Source: Syntrophorhabdaceae bacterium
GTDB lineage: Bacteria; Desulfobacterota; Syntrophorhabdia; Syntrophorhabdales; Syntrophorhabdaceae
Assembly: GCA_963665295.1 (NCBI GenBank)
Contig: OY762209.1
Span: 448,001-512,000, forward strand
Reading direction: 5' to 3'
Length of the DNA: 64,000 nt
Below are positions 1 to 9,278 of the stretch, in pieces. The first letter of the stretch is position 1. Every line of letters begins with the position of its first letter. A program made the translations under genes and the position numbers. The notes beneath the pieces are model-generated. The model was not told the origin of the DNA. It searched no databases and saw only the letters and a program-made list of their open reading frames with translations.

Positions 1-55
1 CAATTGTAGGAGGTGTGTCACTGCGTGCAGCGAATGGACAGAGAGGTATACATAG

Positions 56-319
56 ATGGTACCTGTTAAACTGAGGGAAAACACGCTCATCGAACGGTGC
101 CCGAAGTGCGGGAACAACACGGAGTTTTCGGCGTTCTCCCGCCAATGTGGCGTTGACATTTGCGAAATATGGGTTAAATGCTCCTGCGGGTATGACCCTA
201 CCGGAGGGGACAGTATGAAAAGAGTCGAGGACACGTGGGGATCGTTGACGCAGGGAACGATAGAGATGGCCCTGGATGTCTGGAACGGAGAAATACAAGA
301 GGCAAGGAGCCCGGCATAG
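56..319 (+). CDS. Small zinc-ribbon-like phage protein
   Basis: CPKC and CxC motifs; GAGG upstream; abuts the Mor-like gene. Confidence 0.6.
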   Translation: MVPVKLRENTLIERCPKCGNNTEFSAFSRQCGVDICEIWVKCSCGYDPTGGDSMKRVEDTWGSLTQGTIEMALDVWNGEIQEARSPA

Positions 320-622
320 ATGGAGTCCTGGGTATACAAGATCATGCCGCAACTCACGATGGAGGACCTCCCCGAGGGATACCGGGTCGTGGCTGATATC
401 GTGGGCATTGAGAACGCCGTGAAACTGTCGGAACATCTGGGGGGACTTCCTTTCTACTTCCCCCAGATCGACGGATTGCTCCGGCGCAAGCGGGACGCGG
501 CCATAAGAAAGGAGTTCAACGGGAGCAATTACCGCGATCTTGCCCGGAAATACAACTTGACGGAACGCTGGATTCGTGAAATAGTAGATAGTTCCACCCA
601 CGAACAATCCCCCCTTTTCTGA
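320..622 (+). CDS. Mor/C-family transcription activator (Mu late-gene activator-like)
   Basis: LGGLPFYFP...RDAAIRKEFNGSNYRDLARKYNLTERWIREIV signature; sits directly before the lysis and late genes. Confidence 0.9.
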   Translation: MESWVYKIMPQLTMEDLPEGYRVVADIVGIENAVKLSEHLGGLPFYFPQIDGLLRRKRDAAIRKEFNGSNYRDLARKYNLTERWIREIVDSSTHEQSPLF

Positions 623-883
623 CCCACCACAGAGAATTGAAATAGTGAAGTGCTTCTTCGGACCCCATAGGGGCGTCCGTGGTCTAATCTCGTCATGCAA
701 GAGCCCCATTTGAGAACCGAAAGCGCGACGGCCGTATCCTCCCCGAAGGCGTCGCGCTTTCACCCCCAGAAGATAACCCGGACGACCAATAGACCTCAGG
801 GCCGGGGAGCGGATTCCGTCCGCCCCCGACCCCCGCATGACGAATGCAAATGCCCGTAGGGCATAACATAGCGAGGAAAAACC

Positions 884-1357
884 ATGAAAGAGAACTTTGA
901 ACCGATTCTGCAATTCACTCTCAACGAAGAAAGGGGCTTTGTGGTTGACCATGCGGGCGCGACGAAGATGGGCCTTACCATCGGCCTTATGAAGGCGTTG
1001 AAGCTCGACCTTAACCATGACGGGGTGGTGGACGTGGGGGACGTCAAAATGGTGGATGCTCCGCTCGTAAGAAAGGTGTTCCGCGCCGAATTCTGGGACC
1101 GGATTCATGGGGATGACCTCCCCTCGGGGATTGACCTCATCGCCGCCGATTTCTGCTACAACGCGGGTCCCCAGGCGGCAAAGACCATCGCCATGTACAA
1201 GGACATCGGGGAATGCACGCTCCGGCGTCAGATGTACTACTGGACCCTGAGACAGGGCAACCCGGGCAAGTACAAAGACGATTTCGACGGATGGATAGGC
1301 CGGTCCCTGCGTTGCTGGCAGAGGGCCGTGGAATTACAGGCGGGATACCGCAAATGA
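884..1357 (+). CDS. Endolysin, glycoside hydrolase family 108-like
   Basis: N-terminal E..GFV.D..G.T..G.T, DLNHDGVVDVGDV loop, FWDRI.GD.LP.G, C-terminal F.GW..R; first gene of the lysis cassette. Confidence 0.8.
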   Translation: MKENFEPILQFTLNEERGFVVDHAGATKMGLTIGLMKALKLDLNHDGVVDVGDVKMVDAPLVRKVFRAEFWDRIHGDDLPSGIDLIAADFCYNAGPQAAKTIAMYKDIGECTLRRQMYYWTLRQGNPGKYKDDFDGWIGRSLRCWQRAVELQAGYRK

Positions 1358-1389
1358 AGTCACGAGCAAAAACCAACAGGAGGTATCAC

Positions 1390-1806
1390 ATGGAAAAACT
1401 TACGGCACGGCGTTTCATCTTGTTATCACTGGTAACCCTTCTCGCCCTCGGGACATTCGCCGGGTGCGCTTCGACGGGGACCGGCACAAACGACCGGGCG
1501 TGGCAACAGACGGCCACGGACGGGTATGTCGCCGTGGGGCTGGCGCTCAACACCGCGAAGGCGACGGCCGACACCCTGGTCGCGACGGGGACTATTCCGG
1601 CGGACAAGAAAGCCCGGATCGACGCGGCCTATAAGATCGCCTATGACAGCTACATTGCCGCAGGCGACCTGCTTGCCGCCGCAATCGAGACACAGGACGC
1701 GGCCGGGGAAAAAGACGCGATGGCGGCCTATAACGCGGCCCTCACCAAACTTCCCGGGCTCGTCGCCCAGGTGACGCAGATCGTCGCGGAGGTGGAAGCG
1801 AGATGA
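1390..1806 (+). CDS. Lipoprotein (possible spanin component)
   Basis: AGGAGG RBS before ATG 1390; signal peptide with lipobox FAG-C; Ala-rich helical body; lysis-cassette position. Confidence 0.7.
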   Translation: MEKLTARRFILLSLVTLLALGTFAGCASTGTGTNDRAWQQTATDGYVAVGLALNTAKATADTLVATGTIPADKKARIDAAYKIAYDSYIAAGDLLAAAIETQDAAGEKDAMAAYNAALTKLPGLVAQVTQIVAEVEAR

Positions 1807-2021
1807 CCGCCGCCGCCGCATTACAGTTACTCGGGCTGCTGCTCACCCTCGCCACTCAGATGCCTCAGGCGGTGGAAGCAATCGAGCAGGTGATAAAACA
1901 CGTTGAGGCATTGCTTGACGGAGAGGAAATACCCATTGAGGACCGGCCCGTGCTCCTTGCGAAGATCCGGAACATTCAGGCCATGCTCCCCCGGCCCGCA
2001 CAGGCGGGAGGTGCCGCATGA
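1803..2021 (+). CDS. Small hypothetical protein with hydrophobic N-terminus
   Basis: ATGA overlaps with both neighbours. Confidence 0.6.
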   Translation: MTAAAALQLLGLLLTLATQMPQAVEAIEQVIKHVEALLDGEEIPIEDRPVLLAKIRNIQAMLPRPAQAGGAA

Positions 2022-2527
2022 ACGATCTTGCCCGGTACAATTCCGTGAAACATATGCTTCAGACGGGGGATTTACTGCTCTGGAAGTCGGACAGCCTGCT
2101 CGGCGAGGCTATACGCCTTTTTTCGAAAGCAAACGTGAACCACGCGAGCTTGGTGTTTCAAATCACCCCCTACGAGGGCTCTGAACACAGGCGGTTTACC
2201 TCGGAGGCCCTGGAACACGGGGTTGTGCTTAATCTCCTGTCGAAGCGCCTTGCCGAGTTCGGCGGCGAAGTCTGGTGGTACCCGCTCAACGCGGACATGA
2301 GCGCACAGCGCATTGCGATAGGCGAGCGCGCCCTCCAGTACCTCGGCACGCCTTACGATTACGAGGCCCTGTTTCAGCAGGCCGTTGAAAGGGTCAAAGC
2401 CGACCCGGAAAAGCTCTTTTGCAGCGAATACTGTTTCCTTTGCTACGGACTCGAAGGGATCGCGCCCCGGCCGGGGGACATGCCCGCCCTGGGCCTGTTC
2501 AGCGAACCATTGAAAATTGTGGGGTGA
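2018..2527 (+). CDS. Permuted papain-like NlpC/P60 (YiiX/YebB-like) hydrolase
   Basis: GDLLL...NHASLV (His first), G.PYDY and LFCSEY (Cys last), the permuted catalytic order. Confidence 0.8.
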   Translation: MNDLARYNSVKHMLQTGDLLLWKSDSLLGEAIRLFSKANVNHASLVFQITPYEGSEHRRFTSEALEHGVVLNLLSKRLAEFGGEVWWYPLNADMSAQRIAIGERALQYLGTPYDYEALFQQAVERVKADPEKLFCSEYCFLCYGLEGIAPRPGDMPALGLFSEPLKIVG

Positions 2528-2539
2528 CCATTGAAAGGC

Positions 2540-2728
2540 ATGAAAGGCATCTTCAAAAACTGGAAAACGACGGCGGCCGGTCTTGTCGGGGGCGCGATCA
2601 TCGCAATCATCCCTGTGTTACAGACCGGCAGTTTTACCGCACGCGACCTCGTCATAGGCGGGGTCATGGGCGCCCTGGGTGTACTCGCGAAAGACTTAAA
2701 CGTCACGGGCGGAGCGGTGGGGCAATGA
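2540..2728 (+). CDS. Putative holin-like two-TM protein
   Basis: KNWKTT..G start, two hydrophobic segments, LAKD end; lysis cassette. Confidence 0.65.
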   Translation: MKGIFKNWKTTAAGLVGGAIIAIIPVLQTGSFTARDLVIGGVMGALGVLAKDLNVTGGAVGQ

Positions 2729-3063
2729 CGGAGCACTGGCAGATAATAACCACCCTCGTGATTGTAATGGGCGTACTCGACGGCCTCTCCCTCTGGGCGA
2801 TGCGGTTTGTCGTGGCGCGCGCCTTTGCCGGACAGCGCGATCAATACCGGGATCAGCTTGCGGAGGCAACCAAGCGATGTACGGAGCTTACAGGTGTGCT
2901 TAACAGCTACCAGGGGATAGAGCGGCAGGTCCTCGAACTCAAGGCGGTCCTGCCCCTCGAATATGTCCGCAAAGAAGATTTTATCCGCCACGAAGTGGTG
3001 ATCAACGCTAAATTGGACAGGATAATGGAGAGACTACCCAAAGGAGGTAACCAGTGCCAATAG
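2725..3063 (+). CDS. Mu gp25-like membrane/coiled-coil protein
   Basis: N-terminal TM, coiled coil, LPLEYVRKEDF motif; ATGA overlap. Confidence 0.65.
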   Translation: MTEHWQIITTLVIVMGVLDGLSLWAMRFVVARAFAGQRDQYRDQLAEATKRCTELTGVLNSYQGIERQVLELKAVLPLEYVRKEDFIRHEVVINAKLDRIMERLPKGGNQCQ

Positions 3064-3365
3064 CTATTGACCTTGAAAGGGCGCGGCGCGAAGAGCTGCG
3101 CTGGCTCATCCTGCTCGCTCTCAATGCCGCCCGACCCATGGGCACGTCGGAGGCGGTAATTAAAAACGCGATCGAACCGGTGATCCTTGACATTACACAG
3201 CACGATGTCCGGACCGAGCTTGACTATCTCGATGAGCGCGGCCTCATCCACGTGACCGGCAAGGACGGCATTGTGTGGCATGGCAAAATCAACAGGTACG
3301 GAATCGACGTGGTGGAATATAGCGTCGAATGCGATCCCGGAATAAAGCGCCCGAGGCAGTGCTGA
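3054..3365 (+). CDS. Mu gp26-like protein
   Basis: R..IL.AL...ELDYL.ERGLI...G.DVVEY.V...PGI.RP pattern; position before gp27. Confidence 0.75.
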   Translation: MPIAIDLERARREELRWLILLALNAARPMGTSEAVIKNAIEPVILDITQHDVRTELDYLDERGLIHVTGKDGIVWHGKINRYGIDVVEYSVECDPGIKRPRQC

Positions 3366-3934
3366 TGGCCCAACGCTCAAAGGTTCTGAGCCTCCCGGAT
3401 GAGGTAAAAGCGGAACTCGACAAGCGCCTCGTACGCGGCGGGTTTTGCGATTACGTCGCCCTTTCGGAGTGGCTCTGCGAGCAAGGGTACGAGATCAGCA
3501 AGAGCGCAATCCATCGCTACGGGCAAGCATTTGACGAACGCCTTTCCGCGATTAGGATAGCCACCGAGCAGGCCCGGGCAGTGACGGAAGCGGCCAGGGA
3601 TGAGGAAGGGGCCATGAATGAAGCCCTTATCAGGCTCGTACAACAGGAGGCGTTCAAAGTCCTGGTCAACCTCAATGATGAGGACAAAAACGCTATGTTG
3701 CCCAAGGTGGGGCTTATGGTGGCGAAGCTGAGCAAGGCGGCTGTCGGTCAGAAAAAATGGGCATCCGAAGTAAAAACGAAGGCGGAAGTATTTAAGGCGG
3801 GATTTTTCATGGAGTTCATGAAGGAATACATATCATGGCTCTCGCGAAACGACGCGGACGCGGTACAGGTCATCGAAAGAAACTTTGACCCTTTTATGGC
3901 GTATGCAAAGGAAAAGTATGTCGGGAAAGACTGA
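3365..3934 (+). CDS. Mu gp27-like (DUF3486) putative small terminase
   Basis: RSKV..LP..VK.EL..RL...GY.ISKSAIHRYG; precedes the large terminase. Confidence 0.8.
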   Translation: MAQRSKVLSLPDEVKAELDKRLVRGGFCDYVALSEWLCEQGYEISKSAIHRYGQAFDERLSAIRIATEQARAVTEAARDEEGAMNEALIRLVQQEAFKVLVNLNDEDKNAMLPKVGLMVAKLSKAAVGQKKWASEVKTKAEVFKAGFFMEFMKEYISWLSRNDADAVQVIERNFDPFMAYAKEKYVGKD

Positions 3935-5624
3935 CCGCGCCCAGTTCGATAAGGAAATAGAGATTCTCCGGGCGCTTATCCAGGCCAAAGCCAAGCCCTT
4001 TGCCGATGATCCGAAAGCCCGTCAGGAGAGGATTGACCGGGCAGCGAAGGACATGGAGTTTTTCGGCCGGACCTATTTTCCTCATTATATCCTTTCCGCG
4101 CCGTCGGACCTGCACCGCTACATTTGTGACAGGTTCCCGCGCCTGATCAAAAAAGCGATAGACACGGGGGAAGGCAGCCGGGAAGCGGACGCGGCCCCTC
4201 GGGGGAACGCGAAATCGACGTGGACAACCCTTATCCTGCCGCTCTGGGTTGCCGCCTACAAATACCGCTATTTCCCGCTTATCGTCTCGGAAACGGCGTC
4301 CCAGTCAGAGGAGTTTATCGAGTTTATCAAGGCGGAACTTGAGACAAACGAGCGCCTTGCCCAGGACTTCCCCGACCTCTGCGGAAAAGGACCGGTCTGG
4401 CGGGCGGGCATGATCATTACCCGGAACGGCGTCAAGATACGCGGCGCGGGATCGGGCCAGAAACTCCGGGGCATGAGACACCGGGCGAAACGGCCCGACC
4501 TCGTGATCGGCGACGATCTTGAAAACGATGAGGCCGTGGAATCTCCGGATCAGAGGAAGAAACTTGAAAAGTGGTTTTTCAAAGCCTTGATGAAAATAGG
4601 TCAGCCCGACACGGTCCATATCATCGTGGGCACCATCCTCCATTACGACAGCCTTTTAATGGGGCTCCTCAAGCGGCCCGGCTGGAAGGGGAAGAAATTT
4701 CAGGCTGTGATCAAATGGGCCACGAATAAGAAGCTCTGGGAGCGGTGGGAACAAATATATGCGGATATCAGCATCGGCAAAGAGGAAGCGGAAGCCGCGG
4801 CGAACGAGTTCTACCACGCCAATGAAGCCGAGATGCTTAAGGGCGCGGAGGTCCTGTGGCCGGAGAGAGAACCGTATTACTACCTCATGCAGATGTATGT
4901 ATCTGAAGGCCCGGCGTATTTCTACTCGGAGAAGCAGAACGAGCCCATCAACCCGGAGGATGCGATCTTCCTGGAGGAATGGATTCAGTATTACGACGAT
5001 GACGAGGTGGATCTCACGGGCATTCCCCAGGGCGGGGCCTGCGACCCTTCGATGGGCAAAAAGTCAAAACACGCGGACCCCTCGGCGATCATGGGCGGCA
5101 GGTTCAAGAACAACGTGATTTACCTCACCGTTGCCGACATCGAAAAGAGGCACCCCGACAAGATCACGGATGATATTCTCACCTATCACGAGCGGGACCC
5201 GTTCAACGAACTCGCCATCGAGGAAATACAGTTTCAGGAGTTTTTCAAGGACCATTTTGAAAAGGAGGCGCACAGACGCGGCCTCACCATAAACGTGACA
5301 GGAGACAGGCCCAACACGGACAAGGACTTACGCATAGTCACGTTGCAGCCCTGGATCAAGAACGGCTGGATCAGGTTTAAACGCTATGGCATGGGCGAAC
5401 TGATAAAACAACTCATTTATTACCGCCCCAAAGGCAAAGGCGGTCATGACGACGGCCCGGATGCATTGGAGATGCTGAAGAGGCTGCTGGAGCGGGGGAT
5501 GATCCGCGCGGCCGCGGCGTCGAACGAGGCTACCGAGGAAGACTATCACGCGAGCAGACCGGGGCGACCGGAGAGAATGAGAGACCATTACAGTCAGGTT
5601 AGAACGAGGAGACGGGCCGCATGA
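3918..5624 (+). CDS. Terminase large subunit
   Basis: APRGNAKST Walker A variant, RPDLVIGDDLE Walker B, DPS...D and HDDGPDA nuclease motifs. Confidence 0.93.
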   Translation: MSGKTDRAQFDKEIEILRALIQAKAKPFADDPKARQERIDRAAKDMEFFGRTYFPHYILSAPSDLHRYICDRFPRLIKKAIDTGEGSREADAAPRGNAKSTWTTLILPLWVAAYKYRYFPLIVSETASQSEEFIEFIKAELETNERLAQDFPDLCGKGPVWRAGMIITRNGVKIRGAGSGQKLRGMRHRAKRPDLVIGDDLENDEAVESPDQRKKLEKWFFKALMKIGQPDTVHIIVGTILHYDSLLMGLLKRPGWKGKKFQAVIKWATNKKLWERWEQIYADISIGKEEAEAAANEFYHANEAEMLKGAEVLWPEREPYYYLMQMYVSEGPAYFYSEKQNEPINPEDAIFLEEWIQYYDDDEVDLTGIPQGGACDPSMGKKSKHADPSAIMGGRFKNNVIYLTVADIEKRHPDKITDDILTYHERDPFNELAIEEIQFQEFFKDHFEKEAHRRGLTINVTGDRPNTDKDLRIVTLQPWIKNGWIRFKRYGMGELIKQLIYYRPKGKGGHDDGPDALEMLKRLLERGMIRAAAASNEATEEDYHASRPGRPERMRDHYSQVRTRRRAA

Positions 5625-7114
5625 GTAAAGCCATATCGCAGTATTGGGAAAAACAGCAGCGAGCGGAGACGGAAGCACCGAAGCCCGACGCTCCTGAGAC
5701 CATAAAGGCCGCATCCTACCTGGACGCGCCTAATATCGGTCAGGAGGGGACGGTCTGGCGGAGGCTGACCCAGAGCCCCAACCGGGACTTGATACCCATA
5801 GAACAGGACCGGATGATCGAAATTGCGTTCTGGCTCTGGCATACAAACCCGCTTGCCAAGTGGCTCATTGACCTCACTGTCGCGTTTATCCTTGCGGACG
5901 GGCTGCCTTACACCGCCGAGAACGAGGAGGTGAAGGAAGTGCTGGACGGGTTCTGGAATGACCCGCTTAACAGGATGCCCCTTTATTTCCCCAAGCACGT
6001 GGGGGAACTCCGGACCTTCGGGGAGCTTTGCTTCCCCGCGTTTACCGCGAAGCAGACGGGACGGGTCCACGTCGGGTATATCGACCCCGCCCAGATCCGG
6101 GACGTGATCACCGATCCGGAGAACGTGCGCGTGGTGATCGGCGTTTTGACCAAGGGGTGGGTAGGTTCCGTGGGCGGGTTCGACACCTCCGTGGAGCCGA
6201 AAGCGTATAAAACCATACTGCCAGAGGAAGCGGAATATGTCCTTTCGGACAAGGCTAAGGCGCTTCGCGATCAGTTCACCGACGGGGAGTGTTTTTACTG
6301 GTCCATCAACAACGTGACGAACTCGCCCAGGGGACGTTCCGACCTCCTGGTTGTCGCTGACTGGCTCGACGTGTATGAGCAGTTTCTATACGATTACGCG
6401 GATAAGTGGCCCATGCTCAACGCGTTTGTGTGGGACCTCACGGTAAGCGGCGGGGATAAAACCGAAATACAGGATCAGGTGAAGAACTTTTCCAAGAAGA
6501 GCGGGTCCGTGTTCGGGCACAACGAAAAGATCACCCTCACCGCCATGGCCCCCAAACTCGAAAGCGTGGAGGCCGGGGAAGGCGCACGGATATTCAGAAA
6601 CCACATCCTCGGGAGCTTCGGATACCCGGAACACTGGTACGGGGGCGGAGGGGATGTAAACAGGGCCACGGCGTCCGAAATGGATATGCCGAGCCTCAAG
6701 ATGCTCTCCCTCAAACAACTTGTCGTCAAATACATGATCGAGGACATGCTTTCCTACCAGATCAGGCAGGCCAGGGCGGCGCGGTACCTCCGGGTAAATG
6801 ACGACGAATGTGGCTTCTCCGTAGCCACTCCGGAGATGAACACGAAGGACACGAGCAAACTCTCCGCGGCGGCCCAGCAGACGGCCACGGCCATCATGAC
6901 GGGGGAAATGCAGGGCTGGATCGACAAGGACACGGCGGCGCGCATGTACGCGAGCATCATGAGCTATACCGGCGTTGACATCGATCTTGACGACATCAGG
7001 GCGAAGCTGGAAGAAGAGGCGGAAACAAAGGGCTATGAGGATTACAAAGGCATGAACAAAAAGCCCCCCTTGAGGGCGGTGGATACAGGCGACGGGGGCA
7101 AGAATGCAAAATAG
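5621..7114 (+). CDS. Portal protein
   Basis: 497 aa between terminase and MuF; GRSDL and G.PEHW.G.G...NRATA portal-type motifs. Confidence 0.85.
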   Translation: MSKAISQYWEKQQRAETEAPKPDAPETIKAASYLDAPNIGQEGTVWRRLTQSPNRDLIPIEQDRMIEIAFWLWHTNPLAKWLIDLTVAFILADGLPYTAENEEVKEVLDGFWNDPLNRMPLYFPKHVGELRTFGELCFPAFTAKQTGRVHVGYIDPAQIRDVITDPENVRVVIGVLTKGWVGSVGGFDTSVEPKAYKTILPEEAEYVLSDKAKALRDQFTDGECFYWSINNVTNSPRGRSDLLVVADWLDVYEQFLYDYADKWPMLNAFVWDLTVSGGDKTEIQDQVKNFSKKSGSVFGHNEKITLTAMAPKLESVEAGEGARIFRNHILGSFGYPEHWYGGGGDVNRATASEMDMPSLKMLSLKQLVVKYMIEDMLSYQIRQARAARYLRVNDDECGFSVATPEMNTKDTSKLSAAAQQTATAIMTGEMQGWIDKDTAARMYASIMSYTGVDIDLDDIRAKLEEEAETKGYEDYKGMNKKPPLRAVDTGDGGKNAK

Positions 7115-7274
7115 GGCCTACAGCGCATCGCGGGCGGTCCGTGAGTGCAAATGGACGGGTAAGCCCCCTACCGTGCAGCCTGTCGAAGTTTCAACGGGTT
7201 CGCAACGGCAATACAGGAACGAGTGCGGTTCCTGTTTCGGGGCGCGGGACGGTTTAAGGGGAAGATAGGGAAAA

Positions 7275-8732
7275 ATGAGGGTTACCAAGGCCATAGAGAA
7301 GGCGCTCAAGGAAAAGGACCGGGGGATTATCTCCGGTGTGAAATCCATGAGATCAATTATGAAGGACCTGCACGGGCAGGTTATGGCCGAACTCGGGAAA
7401 GCGGCCCTCGGGACGTGGGATTCCTACCACCTCCGGCAGTTTCTCGATTCCATTGAATTTCAGATGGCGAATTACACGGGCGTTGCAAAGACGGAAATGT
7501 CGGGCCTCCTGGACAGGGCGTGGGCGACCGGCAAAGACCTTGTGGACAAACCCCTCCTCGCGGCCGGGATTCAGATGGGCGGGTACCACCTGGGCACATC
7601 TGTGCTCGATCAGCTTAAAGAGTATTCCTCGGACTATCTGGGCAACATGTTCGGGGACGCATGGCACCAGGTCAAGGGAGAGATCAGCCTCGGGATCGTG
7701 GGCGGCAAGACGCCCCAGGAAGTTGCGAAGGCGATAGGCGAGAACATGGACTCCGGACGGTTCCGGAACATCGCCCGCCGGGCGGAGACGATCACTCAGA
7801 CCGAGATGGGCACCGTTTTTTCGGTCGCAACCCAGAAACGAATGGAACAGGCCGCCGAGAAGGTGGAAGGCCTTGAAAAGGAGTGGAAACACGTGGGCCA
7901 CCCCATGGTACCGCGCTTGAGTCACCTCGCGGCCGACGGGCAGCACGTGCCGGTGGATAAGCCGTTTGTGATCGGGGGCGTCAAGATGATGTTCCCCCGC
8001 GATCCGGGAGCGCCCATAGGGGAGATCATCCATTGCGGGTGCGACCACGTGCCGTATCATGCGCTTTGGGAAAGACAAGCGAAGGGTGAGGAAACCCGAC
8101 CCTACGAGCCGAAATTTGACGGGATAAAGGGCAGGGACCTGCGCGTGAACGCGGAGGATGCCATGAAGGATGCGCCTCCCGAGATCGCGCGCATCGTCGA
8201 GAGGTATGCGCCTGATGTGAAGGCGAGACGGACAAGCGGCGGATCGCATTACGACTTCACAAAGAAAACGATATTGATCAGCAGCGATGCGGTTATGGAC
8301 GGCAACACCCGGTCCTTTGCCCATGAGTTCGGACACTTTGTGGATATGGACGGAGGCAGGGAGATACGCCCCGACAGAGCGTTTTCCGTCAGAGGACCCT
8401 TTGCGGACGCGCTTAGAGCCGAGCGCAACGAGATCGTTGCGGACAAGGCGAAGCTCGCGCGCCTGCAAGGGGACATAAACAACATGACGGGCCAGTGGAA
8501 CCGCAATCCCGGTCTTTCCGATCTATTCGGCGCGGTTACAAACAACATGGTTGTCGGGAGGTTCGGTCACTGGGGGGGCTATTACGCGGACCGGCCCGGA
8601 TGGGGAGCCCCGATGCAGGCTTTCGCCAATCTCTTCGCCATGGCGGCCCAGAAAACAGACGGTCTGGAGTACATACAGAAAGAACTTCCCCGGTTGTGGG
8701 CCGAGTTTCAGGTGATCATCAATGGGTTATGA
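7275..8732 (+). CDS. MuF (gp30-like) head morphogenesis protein with C-terminal HExxH metallopeptidase-like extension
   Basis: RAETITQTE...W.H...R..H...DGQ...F.IGG...P.DP....I.CGC MuF core, then ~215 extra residues containing FAHEFGH. Confidence 0.88.
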   Translation: MRVTKAIEKALKEKDRGIISGVKSMRSIMKDLHGQVMAELGKAALGTWDSYHLRQFLDSIEFQMANYTGVAKTEMSGLLDRAWATGKDLVDKPLLAAGIQMGGYHLGTSVLDQLKEYSSDYLGNMFGDAWHQVKGEISLGIVGGKTPQEVAKAIGENMDSGRFRNIARRAETITQTEMGTVFSVATQKRMEQAAEKVEGLEKEWKHVGHPMVPRLSHLAADGQHVPVDKPFVIGGVKMMFPRDPGAPIGEIIHCGCDHVPYHALWERQAKGEETRPYEPKFDGIKGRDLRVNAEDAMKDAPPEIARIVERYAPDVKARRTSGGSHYDFTKKTILISSDAVMDGNTRSFAHEFGHFVDMDGGREIRPDRAFSVRGPFADALRAERNEIVADKAKLARLQGDINNMTGQWNRNPGLSDLFGAVTNNMVVGRFGHWGGYYADRPGWGAPMQAFANLFAMAAQKTDGLEYIQKELPRLWAEFQVIINGL

Positions 8733-8735
8733 GGG

Positions 8736-8939
8736 CTATACGACGATGGTGTCGGGATACTCGTCCCATCCCTCTTCCGCATACGGGATGGGCTCCCCCT
8801 TCAGGAGGGCCTCTTTCATAAGGGATTCGAGTTTTCCGGCAGTGATCGGCGGGGCGCAGAACGTATCGAACATGCCGAATCTCGCCACATACGCGGTGAA
8901 AAGATCGCCGTCTACTGTAAGGAGTTCTGAATCTCTCAT
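8736..8939 (-). CDS. Small acidic protein convergent with MuF, candidate immunity protein
   Basis: 67-aa ORF (MRDSELL...DTIVV) ending 3 nt from the MuF stop; near-consensus promoter directly upstream. Confidence 0.65.
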   Translation of the reverse strand: MRDSELLTVDGDLFTAYVARFGMFDTFCAPPITAGKLESLMKEALLKGEPIPYAEEGWDEYPDTIVV

Positions 8940-8945
8940 ACTCAC

Positions 8946-8974
8946 CTTATATGCCGTATTTTGCCGCGTGTCAA
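8946..8974 (-). promoter_or_regulatory. Sigma70-type promoter TTGACA-N17-TATAAG
   Basis: Read directly on the minus strand; the -10 box ends 6 nt before ATG 8939. Confidence 0.75.
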
Positions 8975-9032
8975 GCGGTATTTGGAAAGACCCTGCCATT
9001 GCAGGGACTAGCGAATAACACAGGAGGAAACC

Positions 9033-9278
9033 ATGGCAGACGTAAAGCAGGAAAACCTTAAGGGGCTGAAGTTCAGAACTTCAAGGCAGGTGGAATTTGA
9101 TGACGGGAACGGGGCAAAGAAGAAAAGGTGGGAGCCGGTTGAAAGGGACCTCGCCCTTGACGACCTTCTTTCTTCGCGGGACGATGGGGAAAGCTTTCAC
9201 ATCGTGACCAAGGACGGCAAAAAGTACGACATCCCGAAAAACCCGGCCAAGGGCAAGGCGGGCGGCGATGCGGCCTGA
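9033..9278 (+). CDS. Small hypothetical phage protein
   Basis: AGGAGG RBS; overlaps the capsid gene start. Confidence 0.7.
   Translation: MADVKQENLKGLKFRTSRQVEFDDGNGAKKKRWEPVERDLALDDLLSSRDDGESFHIVTKDGKKYDIPKNPAKGKAGGDAA

Noticed and set aside
7353..8468. Long antisense ORFs in the prophage (also 9073-9891, 10315-11163, 15049-16242, 19628-20683, 24604-25392)
   Set aside because: They are shadow frames of GC-rich genes with clear plus-strand functions and have no recognisable motifs.
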